Made by a program: the position numbers and the translations under genes. From positions 1-64,000 of IMG/VR virus record IMGVR_UViG_3300018876_000008: a stretch of 64,000 bases of DNA; one strand, 5' to 3'. The stretch's first letter is position 1. Each line of letters opens with the position of its first letter. The stretch comes from a virus. Shown here piece after piece: positions 59,901-64,000 of this stretch. Below the pieces are notes generated by a model, which searched no databases, was not told the origin of the DNA, and was given only the letters and a program-made list of their open reading frames with translations.

Positions 59901-60780
59901 AATAGGTCAAAAAGGGCCTAGAGGTCCACAAGGACCAAGAGGAGGAAATGGTATACCAGGACCACAGGGTCCAACAGGACCTAACGGACCGATTGGACCT
60001 GAAGGTAATAAAGGTATTAAAGGAATAAAAGGTTTTATAGGACCTAAAGGTCCCAAAGGACCACAAGGCCCACAAGGCCCAACCGGCCCACAAGGACCAC
60101 TAGGACCGTTAGGGTCAAGTAGTACAGATAAAGGAGAAAAAGGTTCAAAAGGACGTAAAGGACCGATAGGGATAACAGGAGCTAAAGGGCCAAAAGGTTA
60201 CAAAGGACCTAAAGGTTCAATAGGTCTTGATGGTGCGAATGCAGATAAAGGTATTAAAGGTCTAAAGGGTCCTTTACAACTTAAGGGACGTAAAGGTCCT
60301 ATTGGACCACAGGGTCCCACAGGCCCTAAAGGGTCACAAGGATTAATTGGACCTAAAGGTTATAAAGGTCCTACAGGTGGTGGAGGACTTCAAGGAGCCA
60401 CAGGACCTCAAGGACCTGCCGGAGCACAAGGACCAGCAGGAGGACCATCTGACAAAAGATTAAAAGAAAATATTGTTACCATTGATGAAGCACTTAAAAA
60501 AGTATTGAAATTAAGAGGAGTAGAATTTATATGGAGAAAAGAAGGTATTAATGGTGAAATCATTGATGAGGGTGGTAGAAAAGATATTGGTGTTATTGCA
60601 CAAGAAGTTAAAGAGGTTTTACCTGAATTAATTCTTGGTGACGAAGAAAGTGCTTATAGAGTAAGATACGGTGAAATGATATCAATATTATTTGAGGCTA
60701 TTAAAGAACAAGAATCAATACTAGATTTAAAAGAAGATGAGTTAGAAGAGTTAGAGAGAAAATTTAAAGATAATCAGTAA
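56941..60780 (+). CDS. Giant Lys-rich collagen-like fibre protein 3 with C-terminal S74 chaperone
   Basis: Gly-X-Y from aa 90 to 1169; [22 protein letters not shown]. Confidence 0.88.
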   Translation: MANIIIYPTGSTTNSNPHIIFTGSGSNDYTIEIDTSGDLIFKSSSNIFKIKDSAQPFQFDGEVDVVNSELYVGNTMVVDSNGNWVGVLSGLKGIQGPIGAKGRVGDQGPKGAKGQEGPVGEQGDKGNLGIKGRIGSTGIKGAKGPISVKGDKGNRGPQGEDGAVGPKGLKGVRPSDSSKGIKGPKGLKGETSNDKGLKGPIGFKGIKGNKGPKQVTGPQGSQGGISPKGPIGLQGPTSTDKGQKGPKGIKGVKGQKGIDGNKGPEGDKGLRYTDGDQGPQGPTGPTADKGIKGNKGVKGLLGPQGIQGPDGTVGTQGPQGPLGPQGVQSSDKGDKGIKGIKGRKGIKGPKQVRGNIGIQGDKGFIGPQGPEGPAGPAAVKGPIGPQGPIGPKGLEGNRGPQGSSLKGPTGSGGEKGPQGDNSTDKGPIGIKGPIGIKGFKGPRGPQSEVSVGDKGNTGPIGPQGPASSDKGLKGPQGFKGLKGKRGPQGPQGNNEKGFIGDGAQGGDIGPTNTDKGHQGPTGPVGPKGFVGTKGSIGTSPQGDVGDGGDQGPTASQGPASTDKGLKGLKGFKGPKGFTGPQGGIGPRITGPTGPNGPTGPTNTDKGLKGFQGPTGPTNTDKGTQGSKGPRGPQGGQGPTGPNGPKGITGGQGPQGPTSTDKGVKGQKGYKGPEGPTGEKGPLGPKGLQNNTQGDQGPVSSDRGDKGPKGIKGIKGVKGPRGEQGAKNITGAKGPTGPQGPAGNNKGPIGQLGPIGFTGPQGLKGSTSDIGNKGPIGPQGPASTDRGVQGNIGAFIGQGPQGPQGPNSSTGLVGAQGPIGPAGNNKGPIGPQGNRADKGPIGPVGEKNNTGGQGPTGPQGPASSDRGPQGPQGNKAQTGDQGPIGPQNIVGAQGPIGPQGPASSDKGPKGPLGPIGPIGPQGSIGSKNATGGVGDRGLQGDQGQNRGPQGDQGPIQSGGSQGIQGLKGLKGLKGGRGTQGPNSSDKGPIGQKGPRGPQGPRGGNGIPGPQGPTGPNGPIGPEGNKGIKGIKGFIGPKGPKGPQGPQGPTGPQGPLGPLGSSSTDKGEKGSKGRKGPIGITGAKGPKGYKGPKGSIGLDGANADKGIKGLKGPLQLKGRKGPIGPQGPTGPKGSQGLIGPKGYKGPTGGGGLQGATGPQGPAGAQGPAGGPSDKRLKENIVTIDEALKKVLKLRGVEFIWRKEGINGEIIDEGGRKDIGVIAQEVKEVLPELILGDEESAYRVRYGEMISILFEAIKEQESILDLKEDELEELERKFKDNQ

Positions 60781-61819
60781 TCATATCGTTAAGATATTGA
60801 GAAACCAAAGTATGGTCGGCATAATCATAATAACTTCTACTCATTGACGCACCTTCAATTACTTCCTCAGAAATCATTTCTTTAGTCAGGTCTTCAAAGT
60901 CACCATAATACTCAAATACATTTCTGTAATCATCTAACTGATAGTCATCATTAAAAATTGAACTAAATAAATAAGGTATGAATTTGGTAACTTCTATAAT
61001 GTAGTTGTAAATTGTTTTTTCTTCACCATTACTAGTTTTTACGGTCTTAGATTCCCAATCACCACTATTATCTATTTCCAATAGATGTTTAATCTCATTT
61101 ATTATTTCATTATACTTTTCATCAGTATATGCGGTGTTATATGAGTGATGGTGAAGTGAATATAAATTACCTGAAACTTCAGAAGCCTCATCTAATAAGA
61201 CTTTAGTAGATTTTTCATCTTCTTCTAAAATATCCATTACTAATAAAGGGTCTTTAACTTCAACATAATTAGGGTGACCTTGGTCTTGAGCGATATTTTC
61301 TAATAACTCAGTTTCGGGTGAAATTTGAGTTCCTGATAATTCTTCAGATATTGATTTGGCAAGTAAGAATTTATTTTTTTCATTTAACTCTTCAATAACA
61401 TCGGTGTATAAATTTTGAGTAACATCTTGAAATGGTTCGAACCAATCATCTTCACCTAAAATATTTTCAACCATTTCTGATGATGACATTTCACGATGAC
61501 CGTCATCTGATTTAAAAAAAGTACTTAAGTCTGACCTTTCCCCAAGAGTTAAAAAATATTTATCACCTTTTTTACTTATATCACTATAGGTGGAAACAAT
61601 GTTATCGATAGTTTTTTTACGGTCATCAATATAACTCTTTCTTAGATAAGTCATTGGAAACATTTCAATAACACTTTCGTATGTGTCGGAGTTTTGAAGT
61701 AATCCGAACCTTTCTAGTAAATCAAAAAAACTATCCTTATCACCATTGAGATAACGGTTGATAAAGTCTTCAACCTCACCTGAACCTCCTTGTAGTATAC
61801 TGATAATTTTTTCTTTCAT
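60764..61819 (-). CDS. Acidic hypothetical protein
   Basis: 351 aa, Asp/Glu-rich; sense TATTTATA at 61835-61842. Confidence 0.65.
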   Translation of the reverse strand: MKEKIISILQGGSGEVEDFINRYLNGDKDSFFDLLERFGLLQNSDTYESVIEMFPMTYLRKSYIDDRKKTIDNIVSTYSDISKKGDKYFLTLGERSDLSTFFKSDDGHREMSSSEMVENILGEDDWFEPFQDVTQNLYTDVIEELNEKNKFLLAKSISEELSGTQISPETELLENIAQDQGHPNYVEVKDPLLVMDILEEDEKSTKVLLDEASEVSGNLYSLHHHSYNTAYTDEKYNEIINEIKHLLEIDNSGDWESKTVKTSNGEEKTIYNYIIEVTKFIPYLFSSIFNDDYQLDDYRNVFEYYGDFEDLTKEMISEEVIEGASMSRSYYDYADHTLVSQYLNDMITDYL

Positions 61820-61844
61820 AACATGTTATTTACTTATAAATATA

Positions 61845-61870
61845 AAAAAAGGTGAGTTTTACCTCACCTT
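61845..61870 (-). terminator. Intrinsic terminator (minus strand)
   Basis: AAGGTGAG-TTTTAC-CTCACCTT stem preceded by an A-run on +, giving a U-tail on minus. Confidence 0.65.
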
Positions 61871-61895
61871 AGATTAATCCGCTAAAAATAATTAG

Positions 61896-62027
61896 TTATT
61901 TTTTTTCGTAATACTTTTCTACTGTTTTCTTAATTGCCTCTTTTACAGTTTGAGTATTGGCATTTCTTACAGTTTGAGTAGTTTTCTTTTGTTGGTTTTT
62001 GTTTTTATTTTTACAGCCGCATCCCAT
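61896..62027 (-). CDS. Small basic peptide with N-terminal MGCGC (43 aa; not in ORF track)
   Basis: MGCGCKNKNKNQQKKTTQTVRNANTQTVKEAIKKTVEKYYEKK; has its own TATTTAT (62059-62065) and terminator. Confidence 0.6.
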   Translation of the reverse strand: MGCGCKNKNKNQQKKTTQTVRNANTQTVKEAIKKTVEKYYEKK

Positions 62028-62129
62028 AGTTGATATTTTTTTGATAAAGTTTATAATAATAAATATATGTAACCATGAATTAATGTAATAATTGGTTTTT
62101 AATTATATTTATGATAAAAGTACAATATT

Positions 62130-63743
62130 ATGAGTCTTAGTCAAGTTTTAACTGAAAGTAGGAAAGATGATTTTTTGAGAAAATTTAAAAGTAAGTTTTC
62201 ACCTGAACAACTTAAGAAAGTGTTTAGTCTTTCAAGAAGTTTAGCACCTAATCAAAAATTCCTAATGTTTTTAGGTAATGTAATATCTTCAGAAAATTTT
62301 GATGAGAATCTAAGTAAGGCTGAAAAAGTAGTAGAAAAGTTTATAAAATATCAACAAGCATTAGAACAAAAAGATATTAATCAGTATAGAACTTTAGAAG
62401 ACATAATAACTACAATTAATAATCATGAAAATAAAGTAAGACGTACAGTTAAATCAGTAGACGGTGCAGATGTCGTATATGAAAATGATAGATTTACAGT
62501 AGTAACACCTCAGACACATAAGGCAAGTTGTTACTATGGGGCTGGAACTAAATGGTGTACGGCCTCTTTAAATGGTTCTACACATTTTGATAATTATAAT
62601 GTTGATGGTAAACTTTTTTATATTCTAGATAAAAAGGCTAAAAGTAATGACCGTTTTTATAAAGTGGCGGTTTTACAAAAATATGATGGAGATAAGACTT
62701 TTTATGATGCACCAGATAAATCATTCAAAGACGGATGGATATTAGGTACTCCTGAGTATGATGAAATACAGAAGAGTATTGATGAGTATATTGAAACTAA
62801 CTACCAACGAGAAATTAAAATTTTCAAAGATAAAGAAGCCGCTCGTTTAGAAAGAGAAAGATTAAGAAAGATAGCTGAAAGACGTAGAATTGCTCAAATG
62901 TTAGCTGATGCGGAAGAAAGAAAAGAAAACGATGAATGGAATTTAGAAAACACTGATGTTGATGGTGAAAAGGCTAATGCAGTTTTTGAAGTTTTAGTTG
63001 ATGAATATGGTGTTAATGTTAATGAAGAAGAAGGAGAATCTATCTACAATTTAGTTCCTTCACAATATTCCCATTATGATTTACAAACGTTTGAATGGAC
63101 AGGAGAAGACGAACAAGGATTAATACTCGCTGTTGGAGATTGGGATGAGGTATGGCAGGCGGCTAAGGAATATTATGAGGGTTTATGGGACGATATGGGT
63201 GCTGATGGTTGGAATAGAGGTTTTGTTGAATCATATATTGATGAAAGTGAAGTCAGAGATTGGTTTTATGATATGTTTGAAGAAGATGTAAATAATAATT
63301 ATGAGGTTTACTTTGATGATGACTTACCTCTGTCTGATGAACAGGAATCTCAAATCGCCAAATTAAAAGAAGAACAAGAAGAGTTAGATGAAATAACTGC
63401 TAATCTTGACGATGAATATACTGATGATGAAGTAGAATTAGCTGAAGATAGATGGAATGAAATTGATGATGAAATAACTGATATTGAAAGTGACCCTCAA
63501 GGAGAACCCACAGTTGGACAGATAGAAGATATGGTTAATTCAAGAGTAGACGATGTAATGTATGATATGGTAAGGTCTATGGAAGATTACGGATTAGATT
63601 TAAATGACTATGTGGATACTGATGCTTTATTTGAGGCGGCTATTGATGCTGATGGTGTTGGTAATGCCTTGAATAGTTATGACGGTGCTGAATATGAGTC
63701 ATCAATCAATGGAACTTGGTATCATGTAGTTAGAACAGAATAA
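62130..63743 (+). CDS. Phage protein with SCYYGxGTKWCT domain and very acidic C-terminal half
   Basis: HKASCYYGAGTKWCTAS...GKLFYILDK is paralogous to 39033-40361; TATTTAT at 62106-62112. Confidence 0.65.
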   Translation: MSLSQVLTESRKDDFLRKFKSKFSPEQLKKVFSLSRSLAPNQKFLMFLGNVISSENFDENLSKAEKVVEKFIKYQQALEQKDINQYRTLEDIITTINNHENKVRRTVKSVDGADVVYENDRFTVVTPQTHKASCYYGAGTKWCTASLNGSTHFDNYNVDGKLFYILDKKAKSNDRFYKVAVLQKYDGDKTFYDAPDKSFKDGWILGTPEYDEIQKSIDEYIETNYQREIKIFKDKEAARLERERLRKIAERRRIAQMLADAEERKENDEWNLENTDVDGEKANAVFEVLVDEYGVNVNEEEGESIYNLVPSQYSHYDLQTFEWTGEDEQGLILAVGDWDEVWQAAKEYYEGLWDDMGADGWNRGFVESYIDESEVRDWFYDMFEEDVNNNYEVYFDDDLPLSDEQESQIAKLKEEQEELDEITANLDDEYTDDEVELAEDRWNEIDDEITDIESDPQGEPTVGQIEDMVNSRVDDVMYDMVRSMEDYGLDLNDYVDTDALFEAAIDADGVGNALNSYDGAEYESSINGTWYHVVRTE

Positions 63744-64000
63744 TGACAAACATAAAAACATACAAGATTGGAGATAAATGGTCAGATGATTTCGATTACA
63801 ATGGTATGTTGAAATCAGGATTAAAAGTAAGCCTAAAAACTCCAATAAAAAAAATGGAAGATTTGTTAAAATCTTTTACAGATGTTAACTACCATTCAGA
63901 GGGAGGACATTTATCACACCTTATTAAAATGGTAAAGTCAGGTAATAATAAAGATGCGGAAAAACACCTTAAAGACTTTAAAGACTCAATTAATAAAACC
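63743..64000 (+). CDS. Hypothetical protein, 3'-truncated by window end
   Basis: TAATG-coupled start MTNIKTYKIGDKWSDDFDY; open to the end of the window. Confidence 0.55.
   Translation, partial: MTNIKTYKIGDKWSDDFDYNGMLKSGLKVSLKTPIKKMEDLLKSFTDVNYHSEGGHLSHLIKMVKSGNNKDAEKHLKDFKDSINKT

Noticed and set aside
48742-60093. Many minus-strand GP/PL-rich ORFs within the collagen genes
   Set aside because: Antisense shadows of Gly-Pro codon repeats, with no independent signals.
1-64000. Giant eukaryotic virus (mimivirus-like) or eukaryotic origin, suggested by PLOD, collagen, GSII, LRR and EF-hands
   Set aside because: Sigma-70, Bacteroidota promoters, intrinsic terminators, overlapping operonic genes, a DnaG-type primase, an amidase and S74 chaperones all point to a bacteriophage.
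1-64000. Bacterial chromosome segment
   Set aside because: No ribosomal or core operons; isolated metabolic genes mixed with phage-type replication and virion genes and many short unknown ORFs.
1-64000. Stop-codon reassignment as in some huge phages
   Set aside because: Long genes are intact in code 11, and TAG and TGA end genes at sensible positions (e.g. 12563, 24356, 19567).
1-64000. CRISPR array, tRNA/rRNA, introns, inteins or a diversity-generating retroelement
   Set aside because: No repeat-spacer pattern, cloverleaf, reverse transcriptase or interrupted gene was seen by eye. Intergenic gaps are short. A covariance scan was not possible.

Overview
This AT-rich, densely coding window is best read as part of a jumbo/huge tailed bacteriophage genome with a Bacteroidota (Flavobacteria-like) host. 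Host evidence: three exact TTTG-N19-TAnnTTTG promoters, a Bacteroidota-type primary sigma factor homologue, SprB repeats, an Hc1-like protein and no obvious Shine-Dalgarno sites. Contents in order: mucin-like Thr/Pro and SprB-repeat virion proteins (1-9.5 kb); replication/recombination genes (RuvC-like resolvase, primase, PD-(D/E)xK nuclease, Mre11/Rad50); nucleotide-sugar and nucleotide-salvage enzymes; sigma factor; a putative lysis module; acidic putative head proteins; DnaJ, Dam-family methylase, type II glutamine synthetase, thioredoxin and glutaredoxin; and three tandem giant collagen fibres with S74 chaperone domains (47.9-60.8 kb). The standout is an apparent animal-like collagen lysine-modification system. 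A PLOD/LH3 homologue is split at the accessory/hydroxylase junction into a GT+accessory gene (40777-42210) and two lysyl-hydroxylase-domain genes (11952-13342, one with a His->Tyr change at an Fe ligand). It co-occurs with three Gly-X-Lys-rich collagens whose helical lengths match (about 1091, 1073 and 1080 aa), which share a 13-triplet super-repeat, and one of which carries a vWA-like insert. All family assignments come from motif recognition by eye; no searches were run.
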